From: Escherichia coli
GTDB lineage: Bacteria; Pseudomonadota; Gammaproteobacteria; Enterobacterales; Enterobacteriaceae
Length of the DNA: 64,000 nucleotides
Assembly (NCBI RefSeq): GCF_003334405.1
Contig: NZ_QOWM01000007.1
Direction: 5' to 3' (one strand)
Positions 37,606 to 47,740 of this stretch are shown here, piece after piece. The notes under the pieces were generated by a model. The model saw nothing but the letters and a program-made list of their open reading frames with translations, searched no databases and was not told where the DNA came from. Every line of letters starts with the position of its first letter. Position 1 is the first letter of the stretch. Made by a program: the position numbers and the translations under genes.

Positions 37606-38676
37606 GTGGAAAAGCCATTTCGAAAAATCCTGGTCATAAAGATGCGATATCACGGAGATATGTTATTAACTACTCCTGTAATCAGTACACTCAAGCAGAA
37701 TTATCCCGACGCAAAAATCGATATGCTGCTTTACCAGGATACAATTCCGATTTTATCTGAAAACCCAGAAATTAATGCACTCTATGGTATAAGCAATAAA
37801 GGTACGGGAACATTCGATAAAATTAAAAATGCACTTTCACTGATAAAAACTCTGCGTGCGAATAATTACGACCTGGTCATTAATCTTACGGATCAGTGGA
37901 TGGTGGCCCTGCTGGTACGTTGTTTACCTGCTCGTATGAAAATATCGCAGCTTTATGGTCATCGGCAGCATGGCATTTGGAAAAAAAGCTTTACACACTT
38001 AGCGCCTATACACGGTACACATATTGTTGAGCGTAATTTGTCGGTCCTTGAGCCATTAGGTATTACCGATTTTTATACTGAAACAACCATGAGTTACGCC
38101 GAGGATTGCTGGAAGAAAATGCGCCAGGAATTAGATGCACTGGGCGTGAAAGATCATTATGTCGTCATCCAGCCGACAGCCAGACAGATATTTAAGTGCT
38201 GGGACAACGATAAATTTTCTATGGTTATCGATGCGTTGCAACATCGTGGTTATCAGGTTGTGCTGACTTGTGGCCCTTCGGCAGATGATCTCGCTTGCGT
38301 AGATGAAATTGCACGAGGCTGCCAAACAAAACCTATTACCGGCCTTGCCGGTAAAACACGTTTTCCTGAACTGGGCGCATTAATTGATCATGCAGTGCTC
38401 TTTATTGGTGTGGATTCTGCGCCGGGGCATATTGCAGCGGCTGTGAAGACGCCAGTTATTAGCCTGTTTGGGGCCACTGATCATGTATTCTGGCGTCCAT
38501 GGACCGAGAATATTATTCAGTTCTGGGCGGGGAATTATCAAAAAATGCCTACCCGGCACGAACTTGACCGCAACAAAAAATATCTTTCTGTTATTCCAGC
38601 GGAAGATGTCATTGCCGCTACGGAAAAGCTGTTGCCAGAAGATGCACCTTCAGCTGACAGGAATGCGCAATTATGA
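37606..38676 (+). CDS. waaQ: LPS heptosyltransferase III (GT9)
   Basis: Matches WaaQ; ORF track starts at the GTG at 37606 (356 aa); the start recalled for the K-12 protein would be the ATG at 37642 (344 aa). Confidence 0.88.
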   Translation: MEKPFRKILVIKMRYHGDMLLTTPVISTLKQNYPDAKIDMLLYQDTIPILSENPEINALYGISNKGTGTFDKIKNALSLIKTLRANNYDLVINLTDQWMVALLVRCLPARMKISQLYGHRQHGIWKKSFTHLAPIHGTHIVERNLSVLEPLGITDFYTETTMSYAEDCWKKMRQELDALGVKDHYVVIQPTARQIFKCWDNDKFSMVIDALQHRGYQVVLTCGPSADDLACVDEIARGCQTKPITGLAGKTRFPELGALIDHAVLFIGVDSAPGHIAAAVKTPVISLFGATDHVFWRPWTENIIQFWAGNYQKMPTRHELDRNKKYLSVIPAEDVIAATEKLLPEDAPSADRNAQL

Positions 38677-39797
38677 TCGTGGCATTTTGCTTATATAAAT
38701 ATTTTCCATTTGGTGGGCTACAGCGTGACTTTATGCGTATTGCCTCAACAGTTGCCGCACGGGGCCACCATGTTCGGGTATATACACAGTCGTGGGAAGG
38801 CGATTGCCCGGAAGCATTTGAGCTTATTCGCGTACCGGTTAAATCCCATACTAACCATGGACGTAATGCAGAATATTATGCCTGGGTTCAAAACCATCTG
38901 AAGGCACATCCCGCTGATCGCGTTGTTGGCTTTAATAAGATGCCTGGGCTGGATGTTTATTTTGCCGCCGATGTCTGTTATGCCGAGAAAGTGGCGCAAG
39001 AAAAGGGATTTTTCTATCGTTTAACATCGCGCTATCGCCATTATGCTGCATTCGAGCGAGCGACTTTCGAACATGGTAAATCGACGAAACTTATGATGTT
39101 GACCGATAAGCAAATCGCCGATTTTCAGAAGCATTACCAAACTGAACCAGAACGTTTTCAAATTCTTCCCCCTGGTATCTATCCTGACAGAAAATACAAC
39201 GCGCAAATCCCAAACAGTCGTGAAATTTATCGCCAGAAAAATGGCATCACTGAACAACAAAACTTATTGCTGCAGGTTGGTTCAGATTTTGGTCGTAAAG
39301 GTGTGGATCGCTCAATTGAAGCTTTGGCATCGTTACCAGAATCGTTACGCCATAATACGTTGTTGTTTGTTGTTGGCCAGGATAAACCGCGTAAATTTGA
39401 AGTGCTGGCAGAAAAACTCGGTGTGCGTAGTAAAGTGCATTTCTTTTCCGGGCGGAATGATGTGTCTGAATTAATGGCAGCCGCTGATTTATTAATGCAT
39501 CCCGCTTATCAGGAGGCTGCAGGTATTGTTCTCCTTGAGGCAATTGCCGCGGGATTACCTGTGTTGACGACTGCGGTATGCGGATACGCACACTATATCA
39601 CAGATGCTAATTGTGGAACGGTCATCGCTGAACCTTTCTCCCAGGAACAATTAAATGACGTTTTACGTAAAGCGTTAACTCAATCTCCATTGCGCATGGC
39701 CTGGGCGGAGAATGCTCGGTATTACGCCGATACTCAGGATTTATACAGCCTGCCGGAGAAAGCGGCAGATATCATTACAGGTGGTTTAGATGGTTGA
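38673..39797 (+). CDS. waaG: LPS glucosyltransferase I (GT4)
   Basis: 374-aa GT4 ORF matching WaaG; overlaps the waaQ stop (ATGA). Confidence 0.95.
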   Translation: MIVAFCLYKYFPFGGLQRDFMRIASTVAARGHHVRVYTQSWEGDCPEAFELIRVPVKSHTNHGRNAEYYAWVQNHLKAHPADRVVGFNKMPGLDVYFAADVCYAEKVAQEKGFFYRLTSRYRHYAAFERATFEHGKSTKLMMLTDKQIADFQKHYQTEPERFQILPPGIYPDRKYNAQIPNSREIYRQKNGITEQQNLLLQVGSDFGRKGVDRSIEALASLPESLRHNTLLFVVGQDKPRKFEVLAEKLGVRSKVHFFSGRNDVSELMAAADLLMHPAYQEAAGIVLLEAIAAGLPVLTTAVCGYAHYITDANCGTVIAEPFSQEQLNDVLRKALTQSPLRMAWAENARYYADTQDLYSLPEKAADIITGGLDG

Positions 39798-40587
39798 ATT
39801 AGAAGAGCCACTTGCCACACTCTGGCGTGGTAAAGATGCCTTTGCAGAAGTTAAAAAACTGAATGGCGAGGTCTTCCGTGAACTGGAGACGCGTCGCACA
39901 TTACGCTTTGAACTGGCCGGCAAAAGTTATTTCCTCAAATGGCACAAAGGGACGACCCTAAAGGAGATTATAAAAAATCTGCTCTCATTGCGGATGCCCG
40001 TTTTAGGTGCAGACAGAGAGTGGCACGCTATTCATCGACTGCATGATGTCGGTGTTGATACGATGCACGGAATAGGATTTGGTGAAAAAGGGTTAAATCC
40101 ATTAACTCGCACATCATTTATTATTACCGAAGATCTCACTCCCACAATTAGCCTTGAAGATTATTGTGCAGATTGGGCGGTCAACCCGCCTGATGTACAT
40201 ATTAAGCGTATGCTGATCGCGCGTGTGGCAACCATGGTGCGCAAAATGCATGCAGCAGGGATTAATCACCGTGATTGTTATATCTGCCACTTTTTACTCC
40301 ATTTGCCATTTACTGGCCGGGAAGATGAATTAAAAATTTCGGTTATCGATCTGCACCGGGCACAGATACGTGCAAAAGTACCACGTCGTTGGCGGGATAA
40401 AGATTTGATTGGTTTATATTTCTCATCAATGAATATTGGTCTGACGCAGAGAGATATCTGGCGATTTATGAAGGTTTATTTTGGGATGCCTTTACGCGAT
40501 ATTTATAGACTTGAGATTGATTTACTTAAAAAGGCAAGGATTAAAGCAGGAAAAATAGAAGCAAGAACAATAAGAAAAAACTTGTAA
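39790..40587 (+). CDS. waaP: LPS core heptose(I) kinase
   Basis: 265-aa kinase-like ORF matching WaaP; overlaps the waaG 3' end. Confidence 0.95.
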   Translation: MVELEEPLATLWRGKDAFAEVKKLNGEVFRELETRRTLRFELAGKSYFLKWHKGTTLKEIIKNLLSLRMPVLGADREWHAIHRLHDVGVDTMHGIGFGEKGLNPLTRTSFIITEDLTPTISLEDYCADWAVNPPDVHIKRMLIARVATMVRKMHAAGINHRDCYICHFLLHLPFTGREDELKISVIDLHRAQIRAKVPRRWRDKDLIGLYFSSMNIGLTQRDIWRFMKVYFGMPLRDIYRLEIDLLKKARIKAGKIEARTIRKNL

Positions 40588-40619
40588 ATAGTATTTTATT
40601 ACAAAAAGGGATTCTAAAA

Positions 40620-41600
40620 TTGTTGAAATATAGAAACTTCGTTGCTAAGAAGAAAAATTTATACCAAAACGAAGTGTCGTATGTTAAAAATTTACATATT
40701 GCACTATGCTTTGACCGTGAATTCATAATGCCAGCGGGTGTTGCATTATATTCAATTATATCCAACAATAGACATATTAACCTTCATTTTCACCTTCTTA
40801 TATCAGGCATAGAAGAAAAGGAGTGTTCAGCTTTTTACGAACTAGAAGGTCCTAATACATCAATATCTGTATATTATATAACTGATAAATTTGACATTAA
40901 TCCGGATACATTAGTTCTTGGTATTCCTTTATCAACATGTTTACGTTTTTTAATCCCAGAAGTTATTGATGATAAAATAAATAAGATACTTTATCTTGAC
41001 TGTGATGTCATATGTAATGGTCCTTTAGATGAACTGGTTGATTATAATTTAAATGCTGATATTGCATGTGTAATTCCAGATTCGCCAGAAATGCAAGAAC
41101 GTGTAAAAAAATTAGACTATGGCATTGAGTTTATTAATTATTTTAATGCCGGGGTTATGTTTATTAATACCAGCGAATGGAAAAAAAATAATATAACACA
41201 AAAAGCGTTAGAAATGATCAACAGTGGAAAAGTATATAGGTATGCAGATCAGGATGTGCTCAATATTTTACTTAATGGACGAGTGCATTACCTTGATAAG
41301 AAGTACAATAATAAGACAACATTGTCAGTACGATGTGATGAAGAACAAAAAAACTTGCCCAACACAATTATAATGCATTATGTTACCCAGAATAAACCAT
41401 GGTACAAAATATTTAGAGCACAAAATTTTGATCATTATTTTTCAAATTCTCCTTGGAAGAACCATAAAAGAAATCTAGCTCCATCATCAAGTGAGATTAG
41501 GTTAAAGTCTAAAGTTTTTTGGCTAGAAGGAAAATATTGTAAAGCCATTTCTTATTATTATAAGTATTTACTTGTTAAATTATTTGGCTTAAAGATTTAG
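40620..41600 (+). CDS. GT8-family LPS outer-core glycosyltransferase (paralog 1, at the position waaS occupies in K-12)
   Basis: 326-aa ORF with GT8 motifs seen directly: YLDCDVIC (DxD), YFNAGVMFIN, ADQDVLN, QNKPWYK; TTG start per ORF track, so the start is uncertain; N-terminal region is divergent (ALCFDREF where the other two have AYGxDxNY-type). Confidence 0.75.
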   Translation: MLKYRNFVAKKKNLYQNEVSYVKNLHIALCFDREFIMPAGVALYSIISNNRHINLHFHLLISGIEEKECSAFYELEGPNTSISVYYITDKFDINPDTLVLGIPLSTCLRFLIPEVIDDKINKILYLDCDVICNGPLDELVDYNLNADIACVIPDSPEMQERVKKLDYGIEFINYFNAGVMFINTSEWKKNNITQKALEMINSGKVYRYADQDVLNILLNGRVHYLDKKYNNKTTLSVRCDEEQKNLPNTIIMHYVTQNKPWYKIFRAQNFDHYFSNSPWKNHKRNLAPSSSEIRLKSKVFWLEGKYCKAISYYYKYLLVKLFGLKI

Positions 41601-41613
41601 CTGGAATGAAATT

Positions 41614-42693
41614 ATGAAAATAGCCTTTATTGGCGAAGCTGTTTCTGGATTTGGCGGCATGGAAACAGTCATTCGTGATGTTATTACTACCTTCAGGCAA
41701 CAACATATCCAAAGTGAAATTTTTTTCTTTTGTCGTAATGACAAAATGGATAAGGGATGGCTGGAAGGTATTAAGTACTCGTGTTCATTTTCCAATATTC
41801 GCTTAGGTTTTTTGCGTCGCGCGAAACATATTCATGCTTTAAGCAAATGGCTTCATGATTATCAGCCAGATGTTGTTATTTGTATTGACGTGATCTCGTG
41901 TTTGTATGCGGCCAAAGCTCGTAAAAAATCGGGGATTGATGTACCTGTATTTTCATGGCCGCATTTTTCTTTAGATCATAAAAAACATGCCGAATATATC
42001 ACCTGTGCCGACTATCATTTAGCCATCAGCTCTGGTATTAAACAGCAAATGATTAGCCGGGGTGTACCAGAATCGACAATAAACGTTATTTTTAATCCCG
42101 TTGAGGCGAAAAATTCAGTCATTCCTGCACCCGGGGAAGGCGAAACGGCAACATTCATTTATGTTGGGCGCATGAAATTTGAAGGCCAAAAGCGCGTAAA
42201 AGATCTGCTTGATGGCTTATCACAAGTGCAAGGTGACTGGAAACTTCATGTATTGGGAGATGGCTCCGATTTCGAAAAATGCCAGGCTTATGGTAGAGGA
42301 TTAAATATTGATGATCGAATTGTCTGGTATGGTTGGCAACAACATCCCTGGAAATTAGTTCAGCAAGATATTAAAAAAGTGAGTGCATTATTACTCACGT
42401 CATCTTTTGAAGGTTTCCCAATGACTCTACTTGAAGCCTTGTCGTGGGGGATCCCTTGTATCAGTGCAGATTGTGTCTCCGGGCCTGTTGATATCATTCA
42501 GCCTGATGTTAATGGTCATTTATATCAACCGGGGGATATGACCGGTTTTGTTGCTCTTCTCAATAAATACATAGCCGGTGAAATTCACATCGCACATGAA
42601 AAAATTCCGGCGTCGATCGATAAATTTTATCAACCGAAATATTACGACAGATTGCAAAAGATAATTATTTCTGTTATTTCCCGGAGGAAATAA
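41614..42693 (+). CDS. waaB: UDP-galactose:(glucosyl)LPS alpha-1,6-galactosyltransferase (GT4)
   Basis: 359-aa ORF starting MKIAFIGEAVSGFGGMETVI, collinear with recalled WaaB; GT4 EX7E-type C-terminal region. Confidence 0.85.
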   Translation: MKIAFIGEAVSGFGGMETVIRDVITTFRQQHIQSEIFFFCRNDKMDKGWLEGIKYSCSFSNIRLGFLRRAKHIHALSKWLHDYQPDVVICIDVISCLYAAKARKKSGIDVPVFSWPHFSLDHKKHAEYITCADYHLAISSGIKQQMISRGVPESTINVIFNPVEAKNSVIPAPGEGETATFIYVGRMKFEGQKRVKDLLDGLSQVQGDWKLHVLGDGSDFEKCQAYGRGLNIDDRIVWYGWQQHPWKLVQQDIKKVSALLLTSSFEGFPMTLLEALSWGIPCISADCVSGPVDIIQPDVNGHLYQPGDMTGFVALLNKYIAGEIHIAHEKIPASIDKFYQPKYYDRLQKIIISVISRRK

Positions 42694-43712
42694 TGCAGCA
42701 GGTTTTTTTCCAGGAGACTGAGTTTCTCAATTCGGTTATTGATTATAATCATAAAATAGAAGCAGAAAATCTTTGTCTGGATATTGCTTATGGGACTGAC
42801 AAAAATTTTCTTTTTGGATGCGGAATATCGATTGCTTCAATATTAAAATATAATGAAGGAAATCAATTATGCTTTCATATTTTTACTGATTATTTCGGTG
42901 ATGACGATCGCAAATATTTTGATGCCCTGGCCAGGCAATATAAAACAAGAATTAAGATATATTTAATTAATGGTGATCGACTCCGTTCATTACCCTGCAC
43001 CAAGAACTGGACTCATGCTATTTATTTTCGTTTTGTTATCGCCGATTACTTTTTTAATAAAGCACCCAAAGTTCTTTATCTGGATGCAGATATTATTTGT
43101 CAGGGAACTATAGAACCACTTATCAATTACACGTTTTCTGAACATACAGTCGCAATGGTTGTTACAGAAGGACAAAAAGACTGGTGGGCAAAACGTGCTC
43201 ATTCGTTAGGTGTTGCTGGGATTGCTAATGGTTACTTTAACTCCGGTTTTTTACTGATTAATACTAATCAATGGACGAATGAGCGGGTTTCTGCACGGGC
43301 CATTGCAATGTTAAGTGATCCAGAGATAGTCAAAAAAATAACACATCCTGATCAGGATGTATTAAATATGTTATTGGCAGACAAACTTGTTTATGCTGAT
43401 ATTAAATATAACACTCAGTTTAGTTTAAATTATCAACTAAAAGAAAGTTTTAAAAACCCAGTAACTAACGATACAGTTTTTATTCATTATATTGGTCCAA
43501 CTAAACCCTGGCATGACTGGGCCTGGGATTATCCAATATCACAAGCTTTTATGGCGGCAAAAAATGCTTCACCATGGAAGGATACTGCGTTATTGAAACC
43601 GGTTAATAGTAATCAATTAAGATACAGTGCTAAACATATGTTGAAAAAAAAGCAATATATCAAAGGATTTGACAACTATCTTTTGTATTTTATAAAAAAG
43701 CTAAAGCATTAA
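42693..43712 (+). CDS. waaO: GT8-family LPS outer-core glucosyltransferase (WaaO/WaaI-like, by motif and position)
   Basis: 339-aa ORF with motifs IAYGTDKNF, YLDADIIC, YFNSGFLLIN, PDQDVLN, GPTKPWH; start overlaps the waaB stop; the name is assigned by synteny only. Confidence 0.7.
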   Translation: MQQVFFQETEFLNSVIDYNHKIEAENLCLDIAYGTDKNFLFGCGISIASILKYNEGNQLCFHIFTDYFGDDDRKYFDALARQYKTRIKIYLINGDRLRSLPCTKNWTHAIYFRFVIADYFFNKAPKVLYLDADIICQGTIEPLINYTFSEHTVAMVVTEGQKDWWAKRAHSLGVAGIANGYFNSGFLLINTNQWTNERVSARAIAMLSDPEIVKKITHPDQDVLNMLLADKLVYADIKYNTQFSLNYQLKESFKNPVTNDTVFIHYIGPTKPWHDWAWDYPISQAFMAAKNASPWKDTALLKPVNSNQLRYSAKHMLKKKQYIKGFDNYLLYFIKKLKH

Positions 43713-43724
43713 TACTGATAATCT

Positions 43725-43848
43725 ATACTCTAAATAATTCGAGTTGCAGGACAAAAAGCCAGTGGCGTTTTGAGGAACGCTTGCGTTGGCCCTGAAATGC
43801 CGAGTAACTCGCCGATGCAGCACATGCAACTTGAAGTATAACGAGTAT
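43725..43848. repeat. ERIC/IRU-related imperfect palindromic element with divergent core
   Basis: Termini atactc...ttcgagttgca and tgcaacttgaagtataacgagtat are inverted complements and resemble the ends of the ERIC copy at 51001..51133; occupies the 163-bp gap between two GT8 genes. Confidence 0.45.
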
Positions 43849-43875
43849 ATAAAGTAATGATATAAGGATAGCCTT

Positions 43876-44892
43876 GTGAACTCATTTCCTGCCATAGAGA
43901 TAGATAAAGTTAAAGCCTGGGATTTTAGGCTTATTGATGAAAATACTGCTGAAAGTTTAAATGTTGCCTATGGTGTCGATTCCAATTATCTTGATGGTGT
44001 AGGTGTTTCCATTACTTCAATTGTCATTAATAATCGACATGTTAATCTTGATTTTTATATTATTGCTGATGTTTATAACGACGATTTCTTTCAAAAAGTT
44101 GAGAAACTTGCTGAGCAATACCAATTAAGAATCACACTTTATAGAATAAATACTGATAATCTTCAGTGCCTGCCTTGTACACAAGTCTGGTCAAGAGCAA
44201 TGTACTTCCGTTTATTTGCTTTTCAATTATTGGGAGTAACACTTAATCGTTTGCTTTATCTTGATGCCGATGTAGTTTGTAAGGGAAATATTAGTCAACT
44301 ATTGCATTTAGAGTTTAATGGAGCGGTGGCTGCAGTAGTCAGGGATGTAGACCCAATGCAGGAAAAGGCGGTAGTCAGATTATCTGATCCTGAACTTCGG
44401 GGGCAGTATTTTAATTCTGGTGTCGTTTACTTAGACCTAAAAAAATGGACAGAAGCAAAACTAACCGAAAAAGCACTGTCTATTCTTATGAGTAAAGATA
44501 GTATTTATAAGTATCCTGACCAGGACGTTATGAATGTCCTACTAAAAGGGATGACAATATTCCTGCCACGTGAGTTCAATACTATATATACAATAAAAAG
44601 TGAGTTAAAAGATAAAACGCATCAAAAATATAAAGAGTTGATAAAAGAGGATACTCTTCTTATTCATTATACTGGGGCCACCAAGCCGTGGCACAAATGG
44701 GCAATTTATCCATCGGTAAAATACTATAAAATAGCTTTAGAAAGATCCCCCTGGAAAGATGACTCACCACGAGATGCAAAATCAATTATTGAATTCAAAA
44801 AAAGATATAAACATCTGTTAGTGCAACATCATTATATCTCAGGACTCATTGCAGGAGTGTGTTATCTTTGCCGAAAATATTACCGTAAATAA
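43876..44892 (+). CDS. waaJ: GT8-family LPS outer-core glucosyltransferase (WaaR/WaaJ-like, by motif and position)
   Basis: 338-aa ORF, GTG start with AAGGA SD 7 nt upstream; motifs VAYGVDSNYL, YLDADVVC, YFNSGVVYLD, PDQDVMN, GATKPWHKW; the name is assigned by synteny only. Confidence 0.65.
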   Translation: MNSFPAIEIDKVKAWDFRLIDENTAESLNVAYGVDSNYLDGVGVSITSIVINNRHVNLDFYIIADVYNDDFFQKVEKLAEQYQLRITLYRINTDNLQCLPCTQVWSRAMYFRLFAFQLLGVTLNRLLYLDADVVCKGNISQLLHLEFNGAVAAVVRDVDPMQEKAVVRLSDPELRGQYFNSGVVYLDLKKWTEAKLTEKALSILMSKDSIYKYPDQDVMNVLLKGMTIFLPREFNTIYTIKSELKDKTHQKYKELIKEDTLLIHYTGATKPWHKWAIYPSVKYYKIALERSPWKDDSPRDAKSIIEFKKRYKHLLVQHHYISGLIAGVCYLCRKYYRK

Positions 44893-44909
44893 CATTTAAC
44901 TGGTTTAAC

Positions 44910-45608
44910 ATGATTCAGAAGAATAAAATCAAAGATTTAGTTGTTTTTACCGATGAAAATAACTCAAAGTATCTCAATGTATTAAATGACTTTCTTTCTT
45001 ATGATATTAATATCATCAAAGTTTTTCGTTCTATAGATGATACAAAAGTCATGCTTATTGATACCGATTACGGTAAATTGATACTTAAAGTTTTTTCGCC
45101 TAAAGTAAAACGCAACGAACGTTTCTTTAAATCTCTTTTAAAGGGAGATTATTATGAACGCCTTTTTGAGCATACTCAAAAAGTGCGTAACGAGGGGCTA
45201 CATTCTCTCAATGATTTTTATTTGTTGGCAGAACGGAAAACATTACGTTTTGTCCATACTTATATCATGCTTATCGAATATATCGATGGCGTAGAGTTGT
45301 GTGATATCCCCGATATTGATGAAACTTTAAAAAATAAAATTCAACAATCAATTCGTTCATTACACGAACACGGTATGGTATCTGGTGATCCTCACCGCGG
45401 TAATTTTATTATTGAAAATGGTGAAGTACGCATTATTGATCTTTCAGGAAAACGGGCATCTGCACAACGTAAAGCGAAAGATCGTATTGATTTAGAGCGA
45501 CATTATGGTATTAAGAATGAGGTTAAAGATCTCGGTTATTATCTTTTAGTTTATCGTAAAAAAATACGTAATCTTATGCGGCGTTTGAAAGGGAAGCCAG
45601 CACGATAA
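44910..45608 (+). CDS. waaY: LPS core heptose(II) kinase
   Basis: 232-aa kinase-like ORF (HGMVSGDPHRGNFII) matching WaaY. Confidence 0.88.
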   Translation: MIQKNKIKDLVVFTDENNSKYLNVLNDFLSYDINIIKVFRSIDDTKVMLIDTDYGKLILKVFSPKVKRNERFFKSLLKGDYYERLFEHTQKVRNEGLHSLNDFYLLAERKTLRFVHTYIMLIEYIDGVELCDIPDIDETLKNKIQQSIRSLHEHGMVSGDPHRGNFIIENGEVRIIDLSGKRASAQRKAKDRIDLERHYGIKNEVKDLGYYLLVYRKKIRNLMRRLKGKPAR

Positions 45609-45679
45609 AGTAAAAGTCTTACATTTAAACGTCTTCGTCAGGACATTTCTATGCGGAGTTCTTATTTCACAGGTTTATC

Positions 45680-46489
45680 ATGAAGAATATTAGATACATT
45701 GACAAAAAAGATGTTGAAAACCTGATAGAAAGTAAAACGTCTGATGATGTTATTATTTTTCTTTCCGGCCCCACATCGCAAAAAACACCATTGTCAGTGC
45801 TGCAGACAAGGGATGTTATTGCTGTCAATGGTTCTGCACAATATCTATTAAGTCATAATATTATTCCCTATATTTATGTACTTACCGATGTTCGCTTTTT
45901 ACATCAACGGCGTGATGATTTTTATAAATTTAGCCAGAGAAGTCGTTATACCATCGTAAATGTTGACGTTTATGAACATGCTTCTGAAGAAGATAAGCGG
46001 TACATCCTTCAAAACTGCCTGGTACTACGTTCATTTTACCGCAGAGAAAAAGGTGGATTGATCAAGAAGATCAAGTTTAATATTTTGAGCCGAATTCATA
46101 AAGAGCTCCTGATCTCTGTACCTTTTTCTAAAAAAGGTCGTCTGGTTGGCTTTTGCAAGGATATTAACCTCGGTTATTGTTCATGCCATACCGTTGCTTT
46201 TGCTGCAATCCAAATAGCCTATTCGCTGAAGTATGCTCGTATTATCTGTTCAGGCCTTGATTTAACGGGTAGCTGTTCGCGTTTCTATGATGAAGATAAG
46301 AATCCTATGCCCTCAGAGTTGACTCGGGATTTATTCAAAATTTTACCATTTTTCCGTTTTATGCGTGAAAATATAGAAGATATCAATATTTATAATTTAT
46401 CCGACGATACTGCAATTCAATATGATATTATTCCCTATATGAAAATATCCGAAATTGAAGAGCCGTGTGTTTATGAAAAAATAAGCTAA
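45680..46489 (+). CDS. waaZ: LPS core biosynthesis protein WaaZ (Kdo III-related)
   Basis: 269-aa ORF starting MKNIRYIDKKDVENL, collinear with recalled WaaZ. Confidence 0.8.
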   Translation: MKNIRYIDKKDVENLIESKTSDDVIIFLSGPTSQKTPLSVLQTRDVIAVNGSAQYLLSHNIIPYIYVLTDVRFLHQRRDDFYKFSQRSRYTIVNVDVYEHASEEDKRYILQNCLVLRSFYRREKGGLIKKIKFNILSRIHKELLISVPFSKKGRLVGFCKDINLGYCSCHTVAFAAIQIAYSLKYARIICSGLDLTGSCSRFYDEDKNPMPSELTRDLFKILPFFRFMRENIEDINIYNLSDDTAIQYDIIPYMKISEIEEPCVYEKIS

Positions 46490-46541
46490 TATTTTATATG
46501 TGTTTATTACGTGTTATAAATTATATTGGAGTTGGCTAATA

Positions 46542-47684
46542 ATGATTAAAACAATAATATTTACCGTCACACCAATATTTTCTATACCGCCAAAAGGAGC
46601 TGCAGCGGTTGAAACATGGATTTATCAGGTCGCAAAAAGACTTTCGATTCCAGTAACTATCGCCTGTATTCGAAACGAAGGTTACCCAACCTACACAAAA
46701 GTAAATGATCACTGTGATATTCACTACATTGGTTTTAGTCGAGTCTATAAACGACTTTTCCAAAAGTGGACTCGACTTGATCCTGTGCCATATTCTCAGC
46801 GTATTTTAAATACCCAACCTAAAAACACTGATCCGAAAGACTCTGTTATTGTTATCCACAATAGCATGAAGCTGTATAAACAGATTCGTAGCAGAAGCCC
46901 TCACGCGCAGCTAGTTATGCATCTTCATAATGCTTTCGAGCCAGGTGAGTTAGACAAAAATGCAAAGATAATTGTTCCTAGCCAGTTTCTTTTCGATTTC
47001 TATTCGGAAAAAATGCCTGATGCAAATATTGCTATTGTGCCTAATGGTTTTTGTTCTGAATCGTATGAACAAAATAATACTGAAGATTTGAGGCAGAAAC
47101 TGAACATTGATGCAAATGATACCGTGTTATTATTTGCAGGAAGGATATCACCAGATAAAGGTTGCCTGATGCTTATGGAGGCTTTTAATCAGCTGAATAA
47201 GATACAAGATAACCTCAAACTGGTGATTGTCGGAGATCCTTTTGCCAGTAAAAAAGGCGAAAAAGCTGAATATCAGAAAAAAGTTCTGGATGCAGCGAAA
47301 GCTATTGGAGCGCAATGCATTATGGCGGGTGGACAGCCTCCAGAGCAGATGCATAACTATTACCGTTTAGCAGATTTAGTTGTTGTTCCTTCTCAGGTAG
47401 AAGAAGCTTTTTGTATGGTAGCTGTTGAAGCGATGGCGGCAGGTAAACCAGTGCTTGCCAGTCAAAAAGGTGGAATTAGTGAGTTTGTTCTGGAAGGAAT
47501 TACAGGCTATCACCTTGCAGAGCCTATGACATCTGAAAGTATTCTCGCGGATATTAAGCGCGTTTTGGCGGATGCTGACAGAGCTCAAATTGCTAAAAAT
47601 GCCCGAAATTTTGTTTTCTCAAAATATAGCTGGGAACATGTTACTCAGCGTTTTGAAGCACAAATACAAGACTGGTTTGGTTAA
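46542..47684 (+). CDS. waaK: GT4-family LPS outer-core glycosyltransferase (WaaK-like, terminal GlcNAc transferase of R2/Salmonella cores)
   Basis: About 380-aa product from MIKTIIFTVTPIFSIPP (ORF track starts 14 codons earlier); GT4 motifs (EAFCMVAVEAMAAGKPV); not a GT9 heptosyltransferase like K-12 WaaU. Confidence 0.75.
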   Translation: MIKTIIFTVTPIFSIPPKGAAAVETWIYQVAKRLSIPVTIACIRNEGYPTYTKVNDHCDIHYIGFSRVYKRLFQKWTRLDPVPYSQRILNTQPKNTDPKDSVIVIHNSMKLYKQIRSRSPHAQLVMHLHNAFEPGELDKNAKIIVPSQFLFDFYSEKMPDANIAIVPNGFCSESYEQNNTEDLRQKLNIDANDTVLLFAGRISPDKGCLMLMEAFNQLNKIQDNLKLVIVGDPFASKKGEKAEYQKKVLDAAKAIGAQCIMAGGQPPEQMHNYYRLADLVVVPSQVEEAFCMVAVEAMAAGKPVLASQKGGISEFVLEGITGYHLAEPMTSESILADIKRVLADADRAQIAKNARNFVFSKYSWEHVTQRFEAQIQDWFG

Positions 47685-47702
47685 AAATTATTGGATTTGA
47701 AG

Positions 47703-47740
47703 AGCCTGCCTGAACTTAATGTCAGGCAGGCTTTTTTTTA
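47703..47740. terminator. bidirectional rho-independent terminator between waaK and waaL
   Basis: agcctgcctga-acttaatg-tcaggcaggct followed by T8; the waaL stop codon lies within the T-tract. Confidence 0.75.
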
